A DNA stretch of 63,695 nt, taken from NCBI RefSeq assembly GCF_001194135.2, contig NC_068981.1:131629116-131692810 (forward strand). Reading direction: 5' to 3'. Source of the stretch: Octopus bimaculoides. Its lineage: Eukaryota. The notes beneath the pieces are model-generated. The model was given only the letters and a program-made list of their open reading frames with translations. It had not been told where the DNA came from and made no database searches. A program made the position numbers and the translations under genes. Each line of letters starts with the position of its first letter. Position 1 is the stretch's first letter. Below, piece after piece: positions 23,653-36,587 of this stretch.

Positions 23653-24510
23653 TATAATATAACATATCATATAACATAAATAATTATTAAAACAATTATT
23701 AAAAAAAAACCATAAAAGGCCAACAAATTGTTTCAACTTATATTCATTTTCTGATATGAATACACAATAACAGTTCCCTTATATATAAGTCACTTCAGGG
23801 TCATGGTTTAAAGATAGACGTAATTCCATGTGAAAGGGCGGCTGGATTGTAAAAATCAATTCAAATGTCTATGTATTATAAGCGTGAGCATTAACTATTC
23901 AATCATACATCAATTACAATTAAAAAATAACAAAACCACTCTAATGGACAATACAACCAAGTAAGTGCAATCCACAACCATCGAAATCCACTTCATTACA
24001 TCTCAGATACATACCAATCAAAACCCATTCATGTCCAAGATAGTCCCTTGTCACCACAACATACAACAAGCGAGGTATGTGTATATATATGCATATAATT
24101 AATTACCTAAGTCTTCCCCTATGTATAACTGCAACAAAAAGTATAGAAACAATTACATCTTCAATACAACAACTCTTCTATTTATTTTAATTAATTGATA
24201 TATAAAATTATTGCTTAAATTAACTAATAATAATCTTCTATATTTATTATTTTCTTGGAGGGATAATTCCATAGCAGATATGAATGGAAACCTAATAAAA
24301 ATTTTCCTTGTTTACTTAATTTATTGTAGGGAGAATTCCGTAATAAACAGAATTTTATCTATCTTTAAACCATGACCCTAAAGTGACTTATATATAAGGG
24401 AACTGTTATTGTGCATGTATATCAGAAAATGTATATAAGTTGAAACAATTTGTTGGCCTTTTATGGTTTTTTTAAATAATCATTTGTTATATAATATTAT
24501 GTTATATTAT
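23653..24510. mobile_element. Foldback-type element with ~160-170-bp inverted arms and ~520-bp AT-rich spacer
   Basis: Core 23702-23818 is a near-perfect reverse complement of 24357-24473. Confidence 0.72.
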
Positions 24511-25372
24511 CATCATCATCATCATCATCGTTTAACGTCCGCTTTCCATGCTAGCATGGGTTGGACGATTTGACTGAGGACTGGTGCAACTGGATGGCTA
24601 CACCAGGCTCCAATCTAATTTGGCAGAGTTTCTACAGCTGGATGCCCTTCCTAACGCCAACCACTCAGAGAGTGTAGTGGGTGCTTTTACGTGTCACCCG
24701 CACGAAAACGGCCACGCTTGAAATGGTGTCTTTTATGTGCCACCCACACAAGAGCCAGTCCAGGGGCACTGGCAATGATCTCGCTCGAAAACCCTACAAG
24801 GCCAGTCAGGCGGTACTGGCAACGGTCACGCTCANNNNNNNNNNNNNNNNNNNNNNNNNNNNNNNNNNNNNNNNNNNNNNNNNNNNNNNNNNNNNNNNNN
24901 NNNNNNNNNNNNNNNNNNNNNNNNNNNNNNNNNNNNNNNNNNNNNNNNNNNNNNNNNNNNNNNNNNNNNNNNNNNNNNNNNNNNNNNNNNNNNNNNNNNN
25001 NAGGTCTTCCTGGGCCTACCTCTTCCACGGGTTCCCTCAACTGTTAGGGAGTGGCACTTTTTCACGCAGCTATCCTCATTCATTCTCACCACATGTCCAA
25101 ACCAGCGCAATCGTCTCTCTTGCACACCACTACTGACGCTTCTTATGTTCAGCTTTTCTCTCAAGATACTTACACTCTGACGGGTATGCAAATTTACATT
25201 ACACATCCAGCGGAGCATACTGGCTTCATTCCTTGCGAGCTTACGCATGTCCTCAGCAGTCACAGCCCATGTTTCACTGCCATGTAGCATGGCTGTTCGT
25301 ACACATGCGTCATACAGTCTGCCTTTTACCCTGAGTGAGAGTCCCTTTGTCGCCAGCAGAGGTAAGAGCTCT
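24509..25372 (-). mobile_element. Young 5'-truncated RTE LINE (ORF2 C-terminus, 3'UTR, tail), with an N-gap
   Basis: MLHGSETWAVTAEDMRKLARNEASMLRWMC...ERRLRWFGHVVRM...GRGRPRKT in one open frame; (CAT)n tail at 24509. Confidence 0.93.
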
Positions 25373-25436
25373 AAATAAATTATCGGATTGTCAATAGTAT
25401 CTCTCTACTTAATTTATCATCATATATATGTATATA

Positions 25437-25982
25437 CAGGATTATTCAAAAATAATGAACCATTTTCATTATGCAATATTTTAATAAGGAAAAGCAATAG
25501 AAAACTCCAGCTAAGTCACAAGTATTTACTCACAATCAACTTTTATTTCCTGTCTGACAAATGTTCAATGTGGCCACCACCTGCAACACAGGCAACATCA
25601 ATGTGATAAGAGAATTCCTCCCAGATGTGTATCAGGATATCAAAAGCAAATTCATTATGGAACTAAATAAATTTGCTTTGCTTGAGGCGATTCCAGAAGA
25701 TATTGACATAGAAGGGAAATGGAAAAACTTCGATAAAGCATTCAACCAGAGAGCCAAAGAAGTACTCAATGGATCGTGATATGCTGACATGTCTCTGGGA
25801 GGAATTCTCTTATCGCATTGGTGTTGCCCGTGCTGCAGGTGGTGGTCACATTGAACACTTGTAAAACAGGAAATAAAAGTTGATTGTGAATAAATACTTG
25901 TGACTTAGCTGGAGTTTTCTATTGCTTTTCCTTATCAAAATATTGTGTAATCAAATCGGTTCATTCTTTTTGAATAACCCTG
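25437..25982. mobile_element. Tc1/mariner-type MITE, 546 bp, ~200-bp TIRs, TA target duplication
   Basis: TA|caggattattcaaaa ... ttttgaataaccctg|TA. Arms ~25437-25640 and ~25778-25982 are reverse complements. Confidence 0.85.
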
Positions 25983-25994
25983 TATATATATATA

Positions 25995-26217
25995 TCTATG
26001 TACGTGTGTGTATTCGTCCCCCCACCAACGCTTAACAATGGACACTAGTGTGTTTACATCCCCATAACTTAGCAGTTCAACAAAAGAGACTGATAGAATA
26101 AGTACCAGGCTTATAAAATGTAAGTACTGGGGTTGATACATTCAATTAAAAATTCTTCAAGGTGGTGACCCAGCATGGCCCCAGTCTAATGACTAAAACA
26201 AGTAACAGATAAAAGAT
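25995..26217 (+). mobile_element. SINE family A, 3' half
   Basis: Matches positions ~130-320. Confidence 0.8.
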
Positions 26218-26603
26218 ATGTCATGTTTATTGAGGTCATGTGACTTGCAGGAAATACCAATTCTATTTTTTGGTAGATATTTAATATCATTACTGGAATA
26301 AGCATGAAATTTTGCAGTTAAAAAGTTAATGCATTTAGAAAATGTATGAACACCAAAGTTTCTTGTCTCTCTGTACCAAATGATTTCAGGTTTGTGATGT
26401 AAGAAACCAATATTTAATACATTTTCAAGGTGGTAAAAAGAAATGTTCTATTCTTAATAAACCAAAAAGGTGATCCAATTTGCATCCCAAGTTAGAACTA
26501 CTTAACTTTTAGAGGGAAAAATTAATGCAAAAACTTTGCACTTCCTAAATCTAGAGTTACATTCCAGCAAAAGAAATCTTAATCAGTCAATGAAGTATCT
26601 TAC

Positions 26604-26656
26604 CATGTAGCTTCTTTTTCCAAGCGTTTCTGTCGTTCATTCATTTTCTTTGCAAG
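26604..26656 (-). CDS. VPS9D1: VPS9D1-like exon (LAKKMNERQKRLEKEAT; phase 0 to 2)
   Basis: gattag acceptor and gtaaga donor. Matches human LQRKMEERRLRLQEAA. 53 nt. Confidence 0.88.
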
Positions 26657-27010
26657 CTAATCCACGTTAAGATCAACAGCAATATTGAACAAGAAGAAAT
26701 GGCTTAATCCTAAAACATTCAACTAATGCACAAGTCCAGAAAGCCATGTAGTAATCAAAATTTTTCTCAACCATGTATATATTTACAAAAAAAATTAAAT
26801 AAGTTCAAATCTTTTTTATAAATTTTAAACCCTTACTTTTCACATCAATGACAGGATTGTGAATAAGGCCTATAGCAATAGATTTATGATTAGAATAGTT
26901 CTCAGCTATAGCTGTTATGACAGCCATCAATATCTATGGATTATCAGATACTGATTTCATCAAAAGCAACATATATTTAAAGTATAACACTCCTAATGTA
27001 AGAAACTAAA

Positions 27011-29558
27011 GCCTGGAAGTGTGGTGGTAGCAGGGGACTGTATCATACAGCCAAAAGGCAAGCTAGGGGACAGGTTGACTTAGTCAGAGGGGAAGCAGGA
27101 AAGAAGAGATTAGCCAATGTTCTGCATCATGAGGATCAGAGACTTGAAGTGTTCCGAGTTGCAAGACAGTGTGTGAGAGAAAATTGCGATGTCAAAGGAG
27201 AGAAATGTGTTCACATGGATGATGGCTCACTTGCATTTTATGATGCTGCAAAGAAAGAGACTTGGAGATACCACTATGAAAGATTGCTAAATGAAGAGAA
27301 TGAATGGGAGAAAGAGAGTCTGGTAAATGTTGACCAACTAAGGGACCAGCTATCTGACTTGACGGTACCTTGGTAGATAAAGCAATTAAGGATATGAAGA
27401 CAGCGAAAGCCCCCGGTCTATCAGGAATCACAGCTGAGATGCTTAAAATATCTGACGGTGTAGGCTATGGTCTAGTCACCCATATAGTTAATCACGTGAT
27501 ACACAAAGGAGTCATACACAATGACTGGTGTAGCAGCACCAAAGTCAACTGATACAAAGGTAAAGTTGATGTCTTAGATAGAAATAACTACAGGGGTATC
27601 AAATTATTGGATCAGGTGATGAAAGCCACAGAGAGAGTCATAGCCCAACTAATTAGGAAGGAGAGTCAGTTTAGATGAGATGCAGTTTGGGTTTGTGCTA
27701 AGGAGAAGCACCACTGATGCTATATTTCTGGTAAGACAGCTGCAGAAGAAATACCTAGCCAAAGATAAACCTCTGTACTTGGCTTTTGCTGACATGGAGA
27801 ATGTCTTTGACAGGGTACCCCAATCCTTTATCTGATGGTCAATGCAGAAACTAGGGATAGATGAGTGGTTGGTGACAGCTGCATAAACCATGTACAGGGA
27901 TGCTGTCAGTAAGGTGAGGGCTGACAACAAATATAGTGAAGAATTCAGGATACAACTAGGAGTTCACTAACGATCAGTCCTCAGTCCCCTCTTGTTCATC
28001 AGAGTCCTCCCAGTGATAACAGAGGAATTCAAGACAGGCTGCTCTTGAGAGCTCCTCTATGCTGATGACCTTGCTCTTATAGCTGACTCACTACCAGAAC
28101 TAGAGAAGTTTCAGGTGTGAATGCAAGGTCTAGAATCGAAGGGCCTTAGAGTTAACCTAGCAAAAACCAAAGTCTTAGTATGTAGGAAGGTGGACAAATC
28201 ACAAATCCCTTCAGGTAGATGGCCCTGCTTGATCTGTAGAGAAGGCGTAGGTAGAAATCCAGTGTAAGCTATGGACACAAAAGAGATGCAACAACATCAG
28301 GGGAAGGTTAACAGGGAAGATAGTTTTTGTGTGTGGAAGGTGCACAGGTACAATAAACATCAAAAATGTACAGAAAATAGATTCCATCATATGCCAAGGG
28401 GGAAAACTAAAAGTAGTCGGTAGTTTCTGTTACCTAGGTGACCAAGTCAGTAGAGTGGGCTGCTCTGAGAGTGTAGCTGCTAGAATAGGCTGGGCAAAGT
28501 TCAGAGAGCTCCAGCCTCTGCTGGTAACAAAGGGCCTCTTACTCAGAGTGAAAGGCAGACTGTATGATGCTTGTATGCAAACAGCCATGTTACACGGCAG
28601 TGAAACATGGGCTGTGACAGCCAAGGACATGTGTAGGCTTGAAAGAAGTGAAGCCAGTATGCTTCGCTGGATGTCCAATGTCAGTGTGCATGCACAACAG
28701 AGTGTAAGCGTCCTGAGAGAAAAGTTGAACATAAGAACTATCAGATGTGGTGTGCACGAGAGACAACTGCACTGGTATGGTCATGAGATGTGTATGGATG
28801 AGGACAGCTGTGTGAAGAAGTGTCACACTCTAACGGAAGAGGGAATCTGTGGAAGAGGTAGACCCAGGAAGACATGGAATGAGGTGGTGAAGCATGATCT
28901 TTGAATGTTGGGTCTCATAGAGGCAATGACAAGGGACTGAGACCTTTGGAGATATGTCATGCTTAAGAAGATCCAGCAAGCTTAGTGATATCATAGTCAT
29001 GGACAATGCCAGTGTCATGTAAGTGGCCCATTAAAAGCACCCTTCAATTGTTGGGCAATATGCTGTGCTTGTGAAGACCTGTCAAACTGAGTGAAATCAA
29101 AGTCATGGCCAATGCCAGTGCTGTCTGACTGGCACTCATGCTGGTAACACGTAAAAAGCACCATTCAAACGTTGGGCCTCATGGGGCAGTGACATCAAAC
29201 CAAGTGAGATCATAGTTGTGGCCAATGCCAATGTCATGTAACTGGCCCATTAAAAGCACCCTTCAATTATTGGGTGATATGCTGTGCATGTGAAGACTTG
29301 TTGAACTGAGTGAAATCGTAGTAGTGGCCGATGCCAGTGTTGTCTGACAGGCACCCATGCCGGTGGCAGGTAAAAAGAACCATTCAAGCATTGGATTTCA
29401 TGGAGGCAGTGACAGGTGACCAAGACCTTTGGCAATATACTGTGCTTGTATAGACCGTAGTGAGACCGTAGTCATGGCTGATGCCGGTGTCAGGTCAGTG
29501 GTACCCATGCCAGTGGTACGTAAAAATTACCCACTACACTCTCAGAGTAGTTGGCATT
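27011..29558 (+). pseudogene. Longest RTE LINE copy (~2.5 kb, 5'-truncated, decayed): RT domain, Cys-rich finger, C-terminus, expanded 3'UTR modules
   Basis: NYRGIKLL, QFGF...STTDAIF, AFADME..FDRVP, SVLSPLLF and LLYADDL (YADD at 28058-28069), and GRGRPRKTW. Many stops and frameshifts. Confidence 0.95.
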
Positions 29559-30057
29559 NNNNNNNNNNNNNNNNNNNNNNNNNNNNNNNNNNNNNNNNNN
29601 NNNNNNNNNNNNNNNNNNNNNNNNNNNNNNNNNNNNNNNNNNNNNNNNNNNNNNNNNNNNNNNNNNNNNNNNNNNNNNNNNNNNNNNNNNNNNNNNNNNN
29701 NNNNNNNNNNNNNNNNNNNNNNNNNNNNNNNNNNNNNNNNNNNNNNNNNNNNNNNNNNNNNNNNNNNNNNNNNNNNNNNNNNNNNNNNNNNNNNNNNNNN
29801 NNNNNNNNNNNNNNNNNNNNNNNNNNNNNNNNNNNNNNNNNNNNNNNNNNNNNNNNNNNNNNNNNNNNNNNNNNNNNNNNNNNNNNNNNNNNNNNNNNNN
29901 NNNNNNNNNNNNNNNNNNNNNNNNNNNNNNNNNNNNNNNNNNNNNNNNNNNNNNNNNNNNNNNNNNNNNNNNNNNNNNNNNNNNNNNNNNNNNNNNNNNN
30001 NNNNNNNNNNNNNNNNNNNNNNNNNNNNNNNNNNNNNNNNNNNNNNNNNNNNNNNNA

Positions 30058-30246
30058 TATATATATATATATATATATATATACGACAGACTTCTTTCAG
30101 TTTCCATTTATCAAATCCACTCACAAGACTTGGGTCAGCCTGAGGTCATAATAGAAGACACTTGCCCAAGGTGCCACACAGTGGGACTGAACCCAGAACC
30201 ATGTGGTTGGGAGGCAAGCTTCTTACCACACAGCCACACCTGCGCC
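30058..30246 (-). mobile_element. SINE family A, 5' half (remainder in N-gap)
   Basis: Reverse complement of 23308-23470. Confidence 0.82.
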
Positions 30247-31444
30247 TATATATATATATTTATATATATAACTGAAATATTGAAGTTATAAAAATATCTT
30301 TGTAATTTGGTTTAGTGTAGTAGTGCAATGTAGCATAGCAGTTGAAAAACTTAGCAGAGAATGCATAGGATTCTGAAGTCCCTTTACTCAACCTATATAG
30401 GTTTGATACTACATAAAATGCACCTAGTACACACTGTAACGTAGCTAGAAATAAGAAAAGCATCCTGTCCCAGAAACCAAACCAAATGACAATGTGCTAG
30501 TATCAGTCTATAAAAACACCAGCTCCAAAGAGGAAATAGCTCAGACCATTAAGACCCACCCAACCCATGTTAGCATAAAAAGTAAACATAAAAATGGGAG
30601 AAGTGATGATGACGATGATGATGATGGTCTACCCCTTGGTCTTTGGATTAGCTTTTTGGTCTCGTCAGAATGTGCAAAAGATATAGGGAGTGAAAGCTGT
30701 CAACTGTCTCAACCAATCAACGTTGTCATGTGTCAGTATAGCTAGTGTAGTGCTGTATAGTTCTTAAAGTAATCCATTGTCTTCACAGATTTCAAAGAGA
30801 TTGCTTTATGTCTCAAGGCCATTACTCACTGAAATGTTTCAGTATTAATTGTTTAAAGTGGTACTTTCATGTGAATGTAATTCTAGGTACTGGATGAAGG
30901 AAAGAACTTTATCAGACTTCTACATTTGTTGTTGTTGATTAGCTCTATTTCAAAATCACTTTTAAGGTCTTGCTAAAGAATTCTAACAGGTGGTGATGAT
31001 GGAATGGCAGGTCAAGTAAATGCAACAGATGTTTAACAACAATATCAAAATAACAAAAAACAGTCGTCATCATTCGGTAGTGGCGATGTCATTTTTTATT
31101 ATCTGCTTTCCATGCTGACATAGGTTGAACAGTTTGACAGGATCTAGCAGATAGTGGAGCTGTGTTGAGCTCCAGAGTCAGCCCTGGCATGGATTTTACA
31201 GCCAAATGCCCTTCCTAACACCAACCACTTTACAGAGTGAGCTGGATGCTTTTTTTTTTTCATGCTACTGACCCTAGTGAGGTCAACAAGTAACTTACAA
31301 AACAGGAAAGAGTCCTCTCAAGCAAGTAGAAGGGAGGTATTTGTGAAGGAATGGTTGGCTTTATGCCAGGTGTTAAGAGGCTAAAGTATGAGAGATTATT
31401 TCAAATCAAATACCTTCATTAAGTGTGCATTTTTAAAAGGATAC

Positions 31445-31507
31445 AGAAATTTCACGAGCTTTAGCTATTGCAATATTCTCAACCATTTTCCTTTGAAGTG
31501 TAAGAGC
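31445..31507 (-). CDS. VPS9D1: VPS9D1-like exon (ALTLQRKMVENIAIAKAREIS; phase 0 to 0)
   Basis: tcttag acceptor and gtatcc donor. Matches human [21 protein letters not shown]. 63 nt; absent from the ORF track. Confidence 0.92.
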
Positions 31508-31634
31508 CTAAGAAAAAATTAAAAAAACAATTATAATGTTATTAGAAAACATCTAACAAAGAAATGTAGTCTTTAATCTAAATTTAGTGTAAAGAATTAA
31601 TATATCAGAAAAAACTTGATGCAATTTATTTATT

Positions 31635-31635
<1 letters not shown>

Positions 31636-31681
<46 letters not shown>
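31636..31681. repeat. (TAT)n microsatellite, ~15 units
   Basis: Directly visible. Confidence 0.95.
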
Positions 31682-32460
31682 GCTGGAAGAATCATTAGCA
31701 CACCACAAAAAATGCTTAGCAGCATTTTGTCCATGTATATATTCTGAGTTCAAATTCTGCAGTGGTTGACTTTGCCTTTCATCCTTTTAGGATCAATAAA
31801 ACAAGTACCAGTCAAGTACTAAGGTTGATATAATCGATTACCCCCTCCCCTCAAAATATGAAGCCTTGTATTATAATACAATACACTGAAAATTATAGTA
31901 CATTACAAGCTATGGGAACAACAGAAAAAGCAACATTAACTATTAATGCCCATGATATAATAGTACATATACATAACGATAATAATTAATGATTACAAAT
32001 AATATATGCTTACATTGACAATTATTAACACTTGTCCAAACTCATAAACAGACCATAAATGACAGAGAGTAGTGTTCTTCAAATCAAGAGACTGAGATGA
32101 AAAATATTTCTTAACCCAACTATACAAGCCTGAATATACCTAAAACAACTAACAGATGGTAATATGGTGACTAAACTAGTGACTGGTATTGATATATGTG
32201 GAGAGCTTTCTGCAGACAGCAACCTACATAAATATGCTGAACTAACAATTATGATGTTTTACTTGTTTCTGCAACCCATTGCTTATTTTTCTGGTAACAC
32301 ATTGAACAGTTAACACACCTGGCTGTAGGATAGATTGGCTGTTAATACATATGCACAGAATTGACTTTAATCTATTCAATATATTAGGTTATTTCAAATG
32401 ACCCAGAGCTTGTGTTACTTTGTTTATGTCTTCATTTCCAAAATAAAATTTTTAAATGTG

Positions 32461-32586
32461 TATGAGCATGTGTGTATGAGCATGTGTGTATGAGCGTGTG
32501 TGTATGAGCATGTGTGTATGAGCATGTGTGTATGAGCATGTGTGTATGAGCATGTGTGTATGAGCATGTGTGTATGAGCATGTGTG
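32461..32586. repeat. 14-bp minisatellite (tatgagcatgtgtg) x9
   Basis: Nine tandem units with one gcg variant; grades into TG/CA-rich microsatellite. Confidence 0.92.
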
Positions 32587-32940
32587 CATGCATGTATGTG
32601 TGTATACTTGTTGTAGAAAATGTTATTATATGTCTATCTAAACAACCTAATCTTGAAGTTTAAAATTTCTAAATAAAGTGACTGGATAGGTATTCTAAAT
32701 AAGGTGACTGGATAGATATTTGTTAATAAAAAGATAAAACTCACATGATGTTCTTTTAGATTGGATACTAATTTGAAAATAAAGCATTCAAAGAATGTAA
32801 TTATATTTCATTTCAGTTTTTGTATTTGTTTTGCATGATTCTTTTGAAACTGTTGAAACAAGTGTTGTTGTATCACAGGACAGTCATTTTGCCAATAAAA
32901 CACACACAAACACATACTGGTTCTACTTAACTTATTATTA

Positions 32941-33305
32941 TTAGCTCCACCTTAGCAAAGGTGGAGGTGTTGTTTTCAATCATGTTCTTTTGTTTGTCCA
33001 TGGACAAGATATCTCAAGAACTGCTGGATGGATTCAAATGAAACTTTCAGGGATGTTTGGACATGTGACTGGCACAAATTGATTAAATTTGGGGATTGAC
33101 ATGGGGTCAGACAAGGATTCTGGGTTATTTTTCCGGTTTTTTTATTTAATTTTTGGGAGCAATCAGGTTCATTTTTAATATTCTCGTTTGTGAGAGCAAT
33201 CAAGTTTATTTCAGATATTCTAATTCTAAAAATCATCTCTGGTTAATCTTTGAGAGGATGTTGGTGTTGCTTTGGCAGAGGTTTGTGCTCTCTGAGTGCT
33301 CTTGT
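32941..33305 (+). mobile_element. Helentron-associated non-autonomous element (HINE/DINE-1-like)
   Basis: 5' subterminal palindrome ctccacc...ggtggag, internal tttgtttgtc and tgaaacttt motifs, 3' ttggcagagg followed by the short gtgctctctgagtgctc segment, T-rich flanks. Confidence 0.6.
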
Positions 33306-34134
33306 TATTATTATTATCATTATTATTAAGGCAGCATTTTAGGTGTCATGCCAAGTGTACCAATTACCACAGGAATAATTGTTGTCTCAGTCTTCCAGTC
33401 TCCTTAGCTCTCTGGCTAGATCCTGATATTTCTCAACTTTTTTCAATTTCTTTGATATCGACTCTGCTATCATAGGAAATTGCAAAATCTCTGATCTTAC
33501 ACTGTTTATTTACCCTTTATAATTAGATTTGGCCCTCTTGCTTCAATACTATGGTCAGTCTTTCTGGGAAAGTCTCATTAGATCTTGTAATTTTCTTTTT
33601 CTATTACAAACTGGTGTTCATGTTCATACCACTAGTCTGTTATTTTGAAACCACACACTTGGCTAACATCCTAATGCACTCTTTTGCCGACACAATCATG
33701 CCTGCATTTATACTCCTTTTGTGCAAGTATACTGCACTCACTCAAAAGATAATTGATGCTTTCATCTTCTTTCCTGTAAATTCTTCTTTTGCTATCTGAC
33801 TGAGTTTTGTTGATCTTTGCCTAAGTGGCTAAAATTAGAGTTTCAATCTTTTGTTTCAAGTTCCTGTCTATCAACAAAAGCCAGAATTCTTTATTATTAT
33901 TAAGGCAGTGAGCCAGAAGAATCATTAGCATGCCAGGCAAAATGCTTAGCAGCATTTTTCATCTGCCTTCATACTCTGAGTTCAAATTCCCTGAGGTCAA
34001 CTTTGCCTTTCATCCTTTCAGGGTTGATGAATTAAGTACCAGTGAAACACTGGGGTTGGTATAATTGACTAGTCCCCTCCCCACAAATATCAGACCATGT
34101 GCCTATAATAGAAATGATTATTATTATCATTATC

Positions 34135-34585
34135 ATAGTCATGGCTGATGCTGATGTCATGTAACTGGCACCCATGCCAGTGGGACGTAAAAAGCACCTT
34201 TTGAGTGTTGGACTTTGTGGAGGCAATGTGGCCAATGCCGGTGTCATGTAACTAGCACCCATGCTGGTGGCACATAAAAAGCATCTTTCAAGTATTGGGC
34301 TTCACAGAGGCAAGAACAAATGACTGAGACCTTTGGCAATATGCCATGCTTGAGAAGACCCATCAAGCCAAGTGAAATCATGGTGATAGCAGATACTGGT
34401 GTCCCGTAAAAGCACCCATTACACTCTCAGAGTGGTTGGCGTTAGGAAGGGCATCCAGCCATAGAAACCATGCCAAAGTAGAAGGGAGTCTGGTGCAGCT
34501 TCTCAGCTTACCAACCCTGGTCAAACCATCCAACCCATGCCAGCATCGACAAGGGATGTTAAATGATGATGATGATGATGATGAT
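34135..34585 (+). mobile_element. Older RTE LINE 3' end with (ATG)n tail
   Basis: Divergent modules plus ggaagggcatccagcc box and tail. Confidence 0.85.
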
Positions 34586-35950
34586 TATTAATCATTATTA
34601 GTCAACTAGTTAACTAATTAGCCAATTAAATTATTGAAAGCTTAAAAATAGTTTGATCAATTAATCAAATCAGTTAGTTTGCCAAAGTTCTTTTGTCACC
34701 ATTTGTGATTTCATCCATGAAGTGCCCTCAATCAGTTAATTGTTTACTTAATTAACTAGCTATGGTGGTGAACTGGCAGAAACATTAGCACACCAGACGA
34801 AGTGCTTAGCAGTATTTCGCCTATTGCTACATTCTGAGTTCAAATTCCACTGAGGTCAACTTTGCTTTCATCCTTTCAGGGTCGATAAATTAAGTACCAT
34901 TTACATTCTGGGGTCAATCAAATTGACTGGCACCCCTCCCCCAAAATTTCAGGCCTTGTGCCTATAATAGAAAGGATTAATTAACTAGCTGATTAATAAT
35001 ACTAAAAAGAAGCAAATTAGAACCAGTGTAGGTATTTTTATTAGCAAAATGACTGTCCCAAGATAAAACAACCACAATATTATAATTCCTTCACTATTTT
35101 CAGTGAAAACTATACATTTGCCAAAGTAATATATAAATATATACTATATTTTCCGGCATTCAAGCTGACATAGCATGTATTGCAAACATATAGTGTAAAC
35201 ATTCAAACATTGCCACAATCTTTCCAAATCCTACTGTGTTTCACGTGGAACTGTTGGTCCACCAAGATCATCTTGATGTATAAATCAACCTATTTTCTTT
35301 TGATTGTAAATTTTGGTTCGAAAAATGATGATGACATACAGATAAAAATATAGTAATTGTGATTTTACTGATAATACAGTTTCATACCTTTTATTAAATT
35401 GTTGGCATCTGATGCTTAGCCAAGTAGACAGTATTGTACTTAAGTGTTATGCATGATAAAATGATAATGAACTTATTGTATACAGTGATCAAGTGTAATT
35501 TAAACGTATTTAGCTCCTAGCTGACAATTGTTTTATCAAGTAACTCAGTGAGCACCAGTCTTGGGCATGACTTTGCATCAAATTGTGGGGCCCTAGTTCA
35601 GGAGTTCTGTGTTTTTGAGGAGTGTGGAACCAACTCTTAACTACTGCTGTTCCTAGTCTACTCTGACCCAGAGCAGTAGATATCTCGTGGTTGTTGCTTA
35701 ACCCTAGCAAGGTCCTTGTCAGGCAGATCTATCATCAACAGTATTCCAACCATGACCATCCTGTTATTGCAGAAAGTATTTATCTATGACTACATTAATG
35801 AATATGTCCATTTGTTTTAGTTTGAAAGTAATTTAGCTGCTATTTCTAGCTGGACAGATCAGGATATCTTCAGTGTTTAAAATAAGTTTTCAAGGGTTCA
35901 AATTCCGTCATATCTAATCCTTAGAAGAAAAATAAATGTAAAAAAAAAAA

Positions 35951-36258
35951 GGGTAAAGACCTTCTTCGGTCATGAATGACCATGGGATTGCACCTAGAAA
36001 GTTCCCCTCTAAGCACAAGTCCAATCAAGGTTGTTTATGGAAGACCAGTAGTCACCAATGTTATCTAAGAGAAAGGCAAAGGCTGATACAACTTGACACA
36101 AGTGACATAGCAACTCATTTCTACAGCTGAGTGAACTGAAGCAACATGAAATAAAGCATCTTGCTCAAGAACACGACACACAATTCAGTCAAGGAATCGA
36201 ACTCACTACCTCATGATTGTGAGCCCAACACTCTAACCACTGAGCCATGCGTCTTCAC
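35951..36258 (-). mobile_element. SINE family F (tRNA-like head, cttgagcaag...cactcagctgtagaaatgag CORE/V-like body)
   Basis: Minus strand begins gtgaagacgcatggctcagtggttagag...gagttcgattcc (A and B boxes). Single clear copy in the window. Confidence 0.6.
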
Positions 36259-36587
36259 AAGATAAGTGCAAAAAGCATGGAACATATAATTACATTACTT
36301 TTAATTTCTATGTCACATATTGAGCAGTAAAGTGTCAAAATTGAAAATATTCTAGATTAAATGAATTACAGAAGTGAGTTAAGTCCCTTTATGTTTTGCC
36401 TTTATCATGCTTTGCTCCACAACTGATATGATCAGTACCACTGATACTGTTGCCTTCCTTGACATGTTTGTGGTTTTGTGCCAATATTAGAAATCATTAC
36501 ATTCAAAAGCCAACAAGAGAGCTTCTACAGGGTCACTCGACCTGCTAGAAATAGCAGCCAGATCTCCCTCAGAGATCTATAATCATT

